NCBI GenBank assembly: GCA_934122035.1
Contig: CAKOVP010000001.1
Coordinates: forward strand, 60-64,059
Source: an uncultured Clostridia bacterium
GTDB lineage: Bacteria > Bacillota > Clostridia > TANB77 > CAG-508
DNA length: 64,000 bases
Direction: 5' to 3'
Shown here piece by piece: positions 10,751 to 19,413 of the stretch (positions are counted from its first letter, which is position 1; the number at the start of each line of letters is the position of its first letter). The notes under the pieces were generated by a model, which saw only the letters and a list, made by a program, of their open reading frames with translations, ran no database searches and was not told the DNA's origin. Made by a program: the position numbers and the translations under genes.

Positions 10751-12556
10751 TTATTTAATTTTAGCCAAACTTAGAATTGTTTTGTTTAATTCTTCTTCTA
10801 GTTCAGCAATTTCTTCTCTTGTTAAATTTTCTTGTTCTGCTTTATCTATTTTTGAAAGTATTGAATTTCTTTTTTGTAACAAATATTCTTTTCTATATGT
10901 GACAATTACATCTTCTATACATTTATTTACATCTGAAATTTCAAAATCATAAGACATAATTCCAGATAAATAATTTACAGTATCTTCATCTTCAAATAAA
11001 TCGATTAGGTTTTCTATATTAATATTTCCTTTTTCTTGTACGTCATACAATTTGTTTATTATTTGAACATTTCTTTCTACTTTTATTAAATTGCTCGTTG
11101 CTATGTTTTTTAGTTTTTCAAAAGCTACATCTGGATAATTTACTAACAAATATATTATCAAGCTTTCTCTTTTCTTCGTTTTTTCGTCTACTTCTACATT
11201 ATCTACAGCAATATGATTTGTAATATTTATTGGTGCTACCTTTTTTTCTAGTTTTTGCTCTGCTTTACTATTTGCATACAATAGCTTATTTATTTCTGCA
11301 TAGATAGCATCTTTTGAAACTTTATATTCTAGAGAAATTTTATCTATGTATACTTCTCTTTCCATATTGTTATCTACTTTTGCTAAGATTTTTGCAACTT
11401 CATTGAAAAATTTTATTTTATCATTTACATTTTCTAAATCCAAATTTTTCTTAAGCATTTTTACTTTAAATTCTACAAGTGAAATTGCACTATCTACATA
11501 TTTTTGAAATCTTTCTGGACCATACTTTACAACAAATTCATCTGGGTCTTTAGCACCCTCTATTTGTAAAATTCTAATGTCACATCCCAAATTTTTTAAT
11601 ATTTCTAGTCCTCTTAAAGTAGCAGCTTGTCCTGCGCCATCAGCATCATAACCTATTATTACTTTCTCACAACTTCTTCTTAAAAGTCTTCCTTGAGCTT
11701 CTGTTAACGCTGTTCCAAGAGATGCAACAGCATTGTGAATTCCTCTTTGATGTAATGATATGGCGTCCATATATCCTTCTACCATTATTATAGTTTTGGG
11801 ATTGTCTTTTTTAGCTATATTAAATGCAAATAAATGTCTTCCTTTGCTATATACTACATTTTCCGGCGAATTTATGTATTTAGGCTTACTATCATCTAGT
11901 ACTCTTCCACCAAAGGCAATTACTCTTTCTCTGGTGTCTACTATAGGAAACATTAATCTATTTCTATATCTGTCTATAAATTGTCCATTTTGATTTTTAT
12001 TTGCAAGGCCGGACTCTAATATTTCTGCATCTGTAAAACCTTTTGATTTTAAATATTGATATAATTCATTAAATCTGCCAGAATAGCCTATTTTAAAAGC
12101 CTTTAGAGTTTTATTGTCTAAATGCCTTTTTTTTACGTATTCTTGTGCTGGTTTTGCTGTTGGTTTATATAAATTTTGATGATAAAATTCTGCCGTTTCG
12201 CTATTTAATTCGTATATTCTAGATTTTAATTTTGCAATTCTATCGTCTTCTGGATTTTCAAGCGTTGGTAATTCCACTCCTGCTCTATTAGCAAGCATTT
12301 CTACCGATTCTTTAAAGTTTATATTTTCAATTTTGCTCACAAAATGAAAAACATTTCCGCCAACTCCACATCCAAAGCAATGGAATATTTGTTTATCAGG
12401 GGATACAGAAAATGATGGAGATTTTTCTTTATGAAATGGACATAACCCAAAAAAGTTTCTACCACTTCTCTTTAGTACTACATATTGAGATATTATATCT
12501 ACTATATCGTTTTTACTTTTGATTTCATCTAATAATTCGTCACTATATCTCGCCAT
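10751..12556 (-). CDS. dnaG: DNA primase
   Basis: 601 aa; zinc ribbon 'CPFHKEKSPSFSVSPDKQIFHCFGCGVGGN', TOPRIM 'EGYMD', immediately upstream of sigA. Confidence 0.95.
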   Translation of the reverse strand: MARYSDELLDEIKSKNDIVDIISQYVVLKRSGRNFFGLCPFHKEKSPSFSVSPDKQIFHCFGCGVGGNVFHFVSKIENINFKESVEMLANRAGVELPTLENPEDDRIAKLKSRIYELNSETAEFYHQNLYKPTAKPAQEYVKKRHLDNKTLKAFKIGYSGRFNELYQYLKSKGFTDAEILESGLANKNQNGQFIDRYRNRLMFPIVDTRERVIAFGGRVLDDSKPKYINSPENVVYSKGRHLFAFNIAKKDNPKTIIMVEGYMDAISLHQRGIHNAVASLGTALTEAQGRLLRRSCEKVIIGYDADGAGQAATLRGLEILKNLGCDIRILQIEGAKDPDEFVVKYGPERFQKYVDSAISLVEFKVKMLKKNLDLENVNDKIKFFNEVAKILAKVDNNMEREVYIDKISLEYKVSKDAIYAEINKLLYANSKAEQKLEKKVAPINITNHIAVDNVEVDEKTKKRESLIIYLLVNYPDVAFEKLKNIATSNLIKVERNVQIINKLYDVQEKGNINIENLIDLFEDEDTVNYLSGIMSYDFEISDVNKCIEDVIVTYRKEYLLQKRNSILSKIDKAEQENLTREEIAELEEELNKTILSLAKIK

Positions 12557-12703
12557 TCTCTTTTACCTTTCTTTATTATTATATATTCGACAAAAAAACA
12601 ATTAATCCTTCTTTTGTTTCCACAATATGTAAACTGATTTATTTTTTTCATACAAAAAGACTAACTTTTGGTTAGTCCTTTATTTTTATAATTTATCTAA
12701 TTT

Positions 12704-13285
12704 TTACAAAATACCTGTTGTGTTATCATTTGAGTCGTTAAATGGAATAAATTTGCTTACTATGTTTCCTGTATCTATTGTATCCATTGTTGCTTTATGT
12801 TCTTCAAATGATAAATTAATTTTATTTTCAATTAAATCTTCTACTTCATTTTCTGATGCATGTTCAGCAAGTACAAGTTCACTTACAAGTATTTGCTTAG
12901 CATTGCTAAGCATCTTCTTCTCGCCTGTAGAAAGACCTTTTTCTTTTTGTTTATAACTTAAATTTCTAACTACATCTGCAATTTCGTAAACATTTCCACT
13001 TTTCATTTTTTCCATATTTTCTTTATATCTTTTGTTCCAATTATTAGACATTTCTGTCTCATTTGCTTCTAATACTTCTAAAACTTTTCCAGCTTCTGCT
13101 TTATTTATTACGTTTCTAACGCCTACTTCTTCTGCCTTTGCAATTGGTACCATAACCTTTACTTCTCCAGGCATTTTTATTATATAATAATCCTGCTTTT
13201 CTCCTAAGATATCTTTTTGTTCTATAGCATCTATTGTTCCTGCTCCGTGCATTGGGTATACTATTTTGTCTCCAACATTAAACAT
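12704..13285 (-). CDS. CarD/CdnL-family transcriptional regulator
   Basis: N-terminal RNAP-interacting domain 'MFNVGDKIVYPMHGAGTIDAIEQKDILGEKQDYYII'. Confidence 0.65.
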   Translation of the reverse strand: MFNVGDKIVYPMHGAGTIDAIEQKDILGEKQDYYIIKMPGEVKVMVPIAKAEEVGVRNVINKAEAGKVLEVLEANETEMSNNWNKRYKENMEKMKSGNVYEIADVVRNLSYKQKEKGLSTGEKKMLSNAKQILVSELVLAEHASENEVEDLIENKINLSFEEHKATMDTIDTGNIVSKFIPFNDSNDNTTGIL

Positions 13286-13567
13286 GTAATTATCTCCTTC
13301 CCTATTATATAATATTTATGTAAATAAAGCTTTTTAATCTCTTTAAACTACGTTTCTATTATACCATAAAAAATGGTAAAAGTCAAAGATTTTACCATTT
13401 TTTATTATCGTCCCTTGTGGGCTATTTTTAGCCATTTATGCGGTTTTTATGTTGTTTTTTACATAAAATTTTTTCATAATAAATTTTAATGATTTTATTA
13501 AAAAATTTTTAATTTTTGATGAATTTATTTATAATTAAAAATTTATAAAACAGTCTTTATATAAATT

Positions 13568-14029
13568 TTATTTTCTTGTAGATCCAAATCCACCCATTCT
13601 TTGTCCTGTTGCATTGTCGTTATCTGTTATTAAGTATTTTTCAAATATTCCTTGTCCAATGCATTCGCCTTTTTTTATTTCTACATCTTCATCTTTTATA
13701 TTATAGAATGCAAACATTATTGCTCCATCATTATCTGGATTTCCATAGTAATCTTTATCTACTATTCCAACACTATTTGCAAGAACTAAGCCTTTCTTCT
13801 TTGGGTTTGAACTTCTATTATATAAACAAAGCATTTCGTCATCTTGCATATATGCTTTTATTCCTGTTTTTACAAGTGTTGGATTCATTCCTGGTTTGAA
13901 TGCTGGTATAACGCAGTCTTCTGCTGCTTCGAAGTCATATCCTGCAGAAAATTTTGTTTTTCTTTCTGGAAGATTTATTTGTTTATCTTCAAATCCTTTT
14001 GCAATTTCAAATCCTCTTATTTTTTCCAT
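13568..14029 (-). CDS. dut: dUTPase-like (dCTP deaminase/dUTPase superfamily)
   Basis: 153 aa; 'GIVDKDYYGN' and C-terminal 'RMGGFGSTRK' dUTPase motifs. Confidence 0.7.
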   Translation of the reverse strand: MEKIRGFEIAKGFEDKQINLPERKTKFSAGYDFEAAEDCVIPAFKPGMNPTLVKTGIKAYMQDDEMLCLYNRSSNPKKKGLVLANSVGIVDKDYYGNPDNDGAIMFAFYNIKDEDVEIKKGECIGQGIFEKYLITDNDNATGQRMGGFGSTRK

Positions 14030-14237
14030 ATTAAATTCCTCTTTTCTTATTATTTTTCTTGCTAATTATAACATACGGAATTTATTTTGTATATAGAGCA
14101 AATCCTCAATTTTTATTTTAATTCTCTATAAAATTTAAAATTTGCAACAAATTAATTCGTTCATGGAATTTTTTTCTATGCAATAATATAATAGGAAAAC
14201 CTTTATGATTTTCCTATTAATAAATAAGCTTTTAAAT

Positions 14238-15284
14238 TTATCTTTCTATATCTGAGTCTGCTTCCTTGTTTGCAATTTTTAATTTTTCTATGAATCCATC
14301 CTTGTATATTTCTGGATATATATCTGCATAAGAAAAATCTCTGTTATGTATTTTAAATATCTCTTCATAATCGTATAACATTGATTTATTTATTGCAGAA
14401 AATCTGCTTCTTGCAGTGTCTTTACGAGTATATTTTTTCATTGTTTCATCATCTTTTGCAATTACATTATATGGTACTAAACTTATTCCTAAATTTGCTG
14501 CTGCAAAATTTCTATGATGACCATTTATTATTCCTCTTACCCCATCTACTACAACTACATCAATAGCTTCGCTTGGTAAATATCCGTTATTTCTTATGCT
14601 CTCTACTATTTCATCAAAATCAACTGCTGTATCTCTAACATTTTGCAATGGTAATAGAGTTTTTGGACTTGTCCATTTTTTTGAATATGTGTATCCATCT
14701 CTGTCGTCTTCAAAACATTCTGCAATTACCTTTGCACTATCTTTTATTGTTGAATAAGATGTGTCTATTAATAACTTATAATTGTTTTCATCTTCCAAGT
14801 CTATGCCATATCTTTGTTTATATCTTGCAACTTCTCCTCTTTTTCTTGCTGCTGTTACCTTTGTTGCTTCCTCTAATGATGAATATTGGTCTCCTGCTTC
14901 TCTGCTTGAATCGTTAAATACTCTTTTTCCAGCAATTGCATCATTTGTTGTAAGTCTTACTGAGAACGATTCTGGAAGGACATACCATCCAAGTCTAGCA
15001 TCAACTATTAGTATTTCGTCATCACTACTTTCTTGTATGAACTTTTCGCCATACTTTTTAGTATTTTCGTCTAGCATTAAGTCCACGTCTTTTCTCTTTT
15101 TTTGGACTTGCTTGCTAAACTCTTCTAGTGATAATCCTTTTTCAGCTGCTAAGTTTCTAAATATTTGTCCAACAGATAATACCTTTACTTTATAACCTTT
15201 TTCTTCTAACTCTCTTTTTATTTCTTTTATTGTTGTACTTTTTCCACTAGCTGGTTCTCCTGAGATACTTATTATTTTATTCAT
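14238..15284 (-). CDS. fusion protein: cytidylate-kinase-like P-loop NMP kinase domain + ParB/sulfiredoxin-like domain
   Basis: N-terminus 'ISISGEPASGKSTT' (Cytidylate_kin2-like, about 215 aa); C-terminus 'VVVVDGVRGIINGHHRNFAAANLG' matches the ParB N-domain GxxRxxA motif. Confidence 0.55.
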   Translation of the reverse strand: MNKIISISGEPASGKSTTIKEIKRELEEKGYKVKVLSVGQIFRNLAAEKGLSLEEFSKQVQKKRKDVDLMLDENTKKYGEKFIQESSDDEILIVDARLGWYVLPESFSVRLTTNDAIAGKRVFNDSSREAGDQYSSLEEATKVTAARKRGEVARYKQRYGIDLEDENNYKLLIDTSYSTIKDSAKVIAECFEDDRDGYTYSKKWTSPKTLLPLQNVRDTAVDFDEIVESIRNNGYLPSEAIDVVVVDGVRGIINGHHRNFAAANLGISLVPYNVIAKDDETMKKYTRKDTARSRFSAINKSMLYDYEEIFKIHNRDFSYADIYPEIYKDGFIEKLKIANKEADSDIER

Positions 15285-15448
15285 ATTTTCCTCCCGCTCT
15301 TTTTAATTAACATAATTATTTTACCACATTTTATACTATTTGTAAAGTTCTGTAAAAAATGTGTGTTCTTATGTCAGCGTTCAATTGGAAAGGCTAAGTT
15401 AATGACCTATATCTATTGTTTGAAATCTTGCTACTATTTTGGATACAG

Positions 15449-15490
15449 TAAAACCGATAAACACCTTGTATATTAGTGCTTATCGGTTTT
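15449..15490 (-). terminator. hairpin terminator downstream of 15722..16921
   Basis: AAACCGATAAACA...TGCTTATCGGTTT stem of 13 bp with one mismatch, followed by a T-run. Confidence 0.5.
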
Positions 15491-15721
15491 GTTTATTTAT
15501 ATATCGATTTGTTGTTTTATGCAAACTCTGCTCGGTAGTAACGATTTTTCCCATAGCTTTGCTTTGGTTCAAACCGTTTCCTACCTACTCTACAATCTTA
15601 TGTTTCCACCTAAAATTTTCCACATAACGTATTACTATGCTTTAGGTGCATAGTAATCTTTATGTTAATTTCTTGTCATTGAAGTTTTGAGTTCTTATTT
15701 AGAACCCATCGCTTCCATATC

Positions 15722-16921
15722 TCATGGTATCAAGTATAAAGTAGGGCGAGAACCATTGCCGCCGCCGATGCCGGTAGGATTGATGATGACACAAGCAGAA
15801 GCCGGATAGTAAGAACCATTGCCGCGGCCTCCTCTGAAAGCTCTGCTGCTGACTTCGGCGCCGGGGAGGCTGCCCGCTTCTTGGGTCCATTCCCAATAAT
15901 TTCCAGCAAAGTCATATATATTATTTGCCTTCCAACTTTCACTAAAGCCTGTATTTTGCTCACTTCCATGTCCATCTGCTGTATTGTTCTCGTAGTTTCC
16001 CCAAGAAGTTGAGTCTGTTATGTTAAATCCTGAACTTGCAAGCCATTTACATGTTGCATCCCACTGCAATCCCCATATCATTCTGGTTTTTACTTTTGAA
16101 CCTACAGTTAATGTTTTACAATTTTTATAGTGTTCATACCATGTTATACCTATTTGAGTAGCTCCTGTCTTCTCTCCATTTGCTGTTAACTCATATCTTC
16201 CTATATAAAATCCTTTATACTTCTCTATACTTCTTATCATTTCATCATATTCACTTACCATTGTCTCTGCCATATTTGCCAGACTACTAAATCCTGCTTT
16301 TTCTGCATTTGTGTCATTATCATATTCAGTTTCTATATCTGGCTCTCTAAAATCTGTGCTTCCCGGTAATCCTCTTGTATACCCACTTATTATTTCTGAA
16401 TTTGTATACTTTGTAGTTTTTACTCCTGTAGTTCCTGAAAGTGCTATTCCTTCTGTTACGGTTGTATATAAACTACTTGGTGTTTCTACTGGTACCCACA
16501 CCCATTGGTTTCCAGATAAATCTCTTCTTACATTTTCTTTTCCTTTATCTAATTCTTTATCTGCTACATTATCTGAAATTACTATTCCTTTTGCTTTTGT
16601 TCCTCCCACGTAATAGTAGCCTTCTGGTATTACTACATTTTCTACCGTTGTTTGTGAACTTCCAGAATTTCCTCCATTTCCAGAGTCTGTTTTATTTACA
16701 TAATTTGATAATTCTTGTTCTAAACTATTCATTGACTTTTCAGTATTTATTCTTGCTTGTTCTGTTTTGTCTCTTGCCTCCTGTGCTTTTGTTATTATTC
16801 CGTTTTCTCCTAATACTAAGTTAAGGCTTATTCCTGCTAGTATTAATAAAACAACTATTGTAACTACAAGAGCTACAAGCGTTATACCTCTGTTTCCTTT
16901 CATAAATTTTTTCTTTTTCAT
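15722..16921 (-). CDS. pilin-like N-terminal helix protein with C-terminal FGE-sulfatase (SUMF1)-type domain
   Basis: N-terminus 'KGNRGITLVALVVTIVVLLILAGISL' is class-III-signal/pilin-like without Glu+5. C-terminus has 'GNYWEWT', 'RAFRGG' and the 'GFYIGRYE' block typical of the FGE/SUMF1 fold. It is a paralog of 30553..32289. The 3' 170 bp are anomalously GC-rich. Confidence 0.6.
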   Translation of the reverse strand: MKKKKFMKGNRGITLVALVVTIVVLLILAGISLNLVLGENGIITKAQEARDKTEQARINTEKSMNSLEQELSNYVNKTDSGNGGNSGSSQTTVENVVIPEGYYYVGGTKAKGIVISDNVADKELDKGKENVRRDLSGNQWVWVPVETPSSLYTTVTEGIALSGTTGVKTTKYTNSEIISGYTRGLPGSTDFREPDIETEYDNDTNAEKAGFSSLANMAETMVSEYDEMIRSIEKYKGFYIGRYELTANGEKTGATQIGITWYEHYKNCKTLTVGSKVKTRMIWGLQWDATCKWLASSGFNITDSTSWGNYENNTADGHGSEQNTGFSESWKANNIYDFAGNYWEWTQEAGSLPGAEVSSRAFRGGRGNGSYYPASACVIINPTGIGGGNGSRPTLYLIP

Positions 16922-16950
16922 TTTTTTGTTTTTTCCTCCTTCTACTTTTG

Positions 16951-17149
16951 TTTCGTTAAGTATATAACTTAATCATAAGATACTTATACCATAAACATAT
17001 TATAAATTCAATAGAAAAGTATAATTTTAAATTATAAAAAATAGTATATAAATTCTTAAAAATTCATATACTATAAATACTTCTAAAGCAAGTAAATGTC
17101 TACAAATTTGGATTACTTACTTTATAATTAAGTTATATACTTAACGAAA
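16951..17149. other. candidate invertible DNA switch (23-bp perfect inverted repeats flanking a 153-bp promoter-bearing segment)
   Basis: IRL TTTCGTTAAGTATATAACTTAAT (16951-16973) and IRR, its exact reverse complement (17127-17149). The intervening segment carries TTGAAT-17nt-TGgTATAAG on the minus strand (-35 at 17006-17011, -10 at 16983-16988), firing toward the gene whose RBS and ATG lie 30 bp beyond IRL. Confidence 0.5.
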
Positions 17150-17257
17150 AAAGTTCACAAGTCTCTTAGAATAAAACTGGAATTTTAAAGTTTCAGTTTT
17201 TATTTTATTATTTGCAATTTTTACAATGATCAAGTTTGTAAGCTCTATTATAAAAAA

Positions 17258-17300
17258 AGATAACGATACTTAGTTTTTTTGTATCATTATCTTTTTATTT
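17258..17300 (-). terminator. hairpin terminator (bidirectional)
   Basis: AAGATAACGATAC...GTATCATTATCTT 13-bp stem with T-runs on both sides. Confidence 0.5.
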
Positions 17301-17356
17301 TGTGTTCAATCTGGATTTGAATTTAATTTTAAGTTTTATCCTTTAACTTTAATTTT

Positions 17357-17400
17357 CGCCCAAAAAGGGGCGTCCCCTTTGGGCGATTGGGGCGAATTTT
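17357..17400 (-). terminator. GC-rich hairpin terminator (mrnC/rbgA operon 3' end)
   Basis: CGCCCAAAAAGGGG-CGT-CCCCTTTGGGCG, near-identical to the hairpin at 9478-9506, with an extra GGGCGAATTTTT outer arm. Confidence 0.65.
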
Positions 17401-17420
17401 TCTATCTTGACAAAGTTTGT

Positions 17421-17861
17421 TTAAAGGCACATTTCTAGTATTTCTTTCAAGCGTTTGTCTTGTTTGCTTAGGTATAGGTATCCAATTAGAGCTTCAAATG
17501 CTGATGAATAGCTGTATTCTTCTACTGTAGAATTTTTTGGAACGTGATGGCTTTGTGCATTTCTGCCTCTTCTTACAATATCTTTTTCTTCGTCTGTAAG
17601 ATTGTCATATATTTTGTTTAGCACTTCTACTTGTCCATTTGCTTTTACATATTTTATTGCTTCTATATGTAGCATATGTGGCTTTAATTTTGTTGTATTT
17701 ACAAGATGCGTTCTAATAAATAGCTCGTATACAGCATCTCCTACATATGCCCAAGTTAGCGGTGGCATTAGTTTTACTTCTTCTAAATTTTTTTTTCTTT
17801 CTATTATTTCTTGCAATATTTTTACTTCCTTTTTATTCTTAAAATTTTTCTGCTTTTTCAA
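17421..17861 (-). CDS. mrnC: Mini-ribonuclease III (Mini-III)
   Basis: 'LTWAYVGDAVYELFIR...' RNase III catalytic-domain-only protein; the listed start overlaps rbgA, so the true start may be the internal Met. Confidence 0.75.
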   Translation of the reverse strand: MKKQKNFKNKKEVKILQEIIERKKNLEEVKLMPPLTWAYVGDAVYELFIRTHLVNTTKLKPHMLHIEAIKYVKANGQVEVLNKIYDNLTDEEKDIVRRGRNAQSHHVPKNSTVEEYSYSSAFEALIGYLYLSKQDKRLKEILEMCL

Positions 17862-18810
17862 TGGTTATCTTTCCAAGATTTCCGCTTCTATAGTCATCTA
17901 ATATTATTTTAGATGTTTTTTCTAAATCTACTTGATTGCCTCTTAGTTTAGCACCTCTTTTTTCTCCAATGTATTCCATTACTTCTGCAATTCTTTCGTT
18001 TTCTTCTAGTTCTTGGTTATTTAATATTTTTTCAACTATATCACTATTTAGCAAGTATCTGTCTATTACATTTTGTTTGTATTCTTCTAATAATATTTTC
18101 ATAAGATTATATGCTATTTCTTGTTGTTCTAGCACTTCACTTTTTATTGTTCCTGTATATGCTAAATTTAATGCAACCTTTTCATTGTCTAACTTTGGCC
18201 ATAAAACTCCTGGAGTATCTAATAATTCAACATTGTTTGATAATCGTATCCATTGTTTCTGTTTTGTAACACCAGGTTTATTTCCCACTACTGCTGAATT
18301 TTTTTGAGCTAGTTTATTTATTATAGATGATTTTCCAACGTTTGGAACTCCAATAATCATTATTCTAATTATTTTTCCTACTCTACCTTTATTTTCAGCT
18401 TTTTCTAAATCTTTTTTCATTATTTCATTTGCTGTAGGTATTATTTTTGAAACTCCTTCTCCAGTACTTGAATTGCATAGTATTGCAGGAATGTTCTCTT
18501 TTGCAAATTTAATTACCCATTTTTGATTTTCCTTTTCATCTGCCAAGTCTGCCTTATTTAAAACTACTATTCTTTTCTTATCTTTTATTAATTTTTTTAT
18601 CTCTGGGTTTTGGCTTGCCATTGGAATTCTAGCATCTAATAGTTCTACTACTATGTCTACAAGTTTTAAATCTTTTTGTATTTGTTCCATAGTCTTTTTC
18701 ATATGACCAGGAAACCAGTTTATATTATATTTACTATTTTCTTCTTTATTTTCATTTTTTGCTTTTTCTTGTCTCATTTTTCTTTTTTGATATATATCCA
18801 TATTTTTCAC
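17839..18810 (-). CDS. rbgA: ribosome biogenesis GTPase A
   Basis: Circularly permuted GTPase: 'VLNKADL' G4 precedes 'IGVPNVGKSSIINKL' G1 and 'LLDTPGVLWP' G3. Confidence 0.85.
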   Translation of the reverse strand: MKNMDIYQKRKMRQEKAKNENKEENSKYNINWFPGHMKKTMEQIQKDLKLVDIVVELLDARIPMASQNPEIKKLIKDKKRIVVLNKADLADEKENQKWVIKFAKENIPAILCNSSTGEGVSKIIPTANEIMKKDLEKAENKGRVGKIIRIMIIGVPNVGKSSIINKLAQKNSAVVGNKPGVTKQKQWIRLSNNVELLDTPGVLWPKLDNEKVALNLAYTGTIKSEVLEQQEIAYNLMKILLEEYKQNVIDRYLLNSDIVEKILNNQELEENERIAEVMEYIGEKRGAKLRGNQVDLEKTSKIILDDYRSGNLGKITIEKAEKF

Positions 18811-18931
18811 TTCCCATTTTTATAGTCTCATAGCTGTATTCCATTATAACATAAAAAGAGAGTTTCTTCTATCTCTCTTTTTATAAGTTACTATATTTAT
18901 TTTACAACTTTCATATTGTAAAATTTTTTAT

Positions 18932-19402
18932 TTATAATGTTCTATAGTTGTTTTTGTCTTCTCTTTCATCTTTTTTTATATCATATTTTTTATTTGTATA
19001 ATACCAATCTGTTTTTTTGTCTGTTGGATGTAATTGTTTGTTTTTGTCTAATAGCCAATCTAGCATTGTAAATATTGGTAGTGCAATTCCTATAAATGAG
19101 AAAAATACGTTCATATAGTTTGCTGCACTAATTTGTCCATTTGTTAATACTAAATTGTTCCATAAATCTACTCCAAAATATCCTAAATATGATACTAAAT
19201 ATAGAATTACTCCTAATAGTTTTCTTTTTGCTATTAGCACAAAACATAAAAGTGCTACAAATAGAAGCATTATTTCTGTGTTTAAGTTTATTGGTGTAAT
19301 CATAAAATCTATTGCCATTGCTGATGTGTATGTTGCAATTATTCTTACTATCCAAAATACTATATCTAATGATAAAACCATCCAAGTACTAAATTTTTGC
19401 AT
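18932..19402 (-). CDS. hypothetical 4-TM membrane protein
   Basis: 156-aa ORF with four hydrophobic segments; abuts the downstream pilin-like gene. Confidence 0.45.
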   Translation of the reverse strand: MQKFSTWMVLSLDIVFWIVRIIATYTSAMAIDFMITPINLNTEIMLLFVALLCFVLIAKRKLLGVILYLVSYLGYFGVDLWNNLVLTNGQISAANYMNVFFSFIGIALPIFTMLDWLLDKNKQLHPTDKKTDWYYTNKKYDIKKDEREDKNNYRTL

Positions 19403-19413
19403 TTTTTCTCCTC

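Noticed and set aside
15699-15975. ORFs 15699..15896 and 15730..15975, with Pro/Arg/Ala-rich products.
   Set aside because: They appear only because the local GC-rich patch removes stop codons in the alternative frames of the FGE-domain gene. They are not independent genes.
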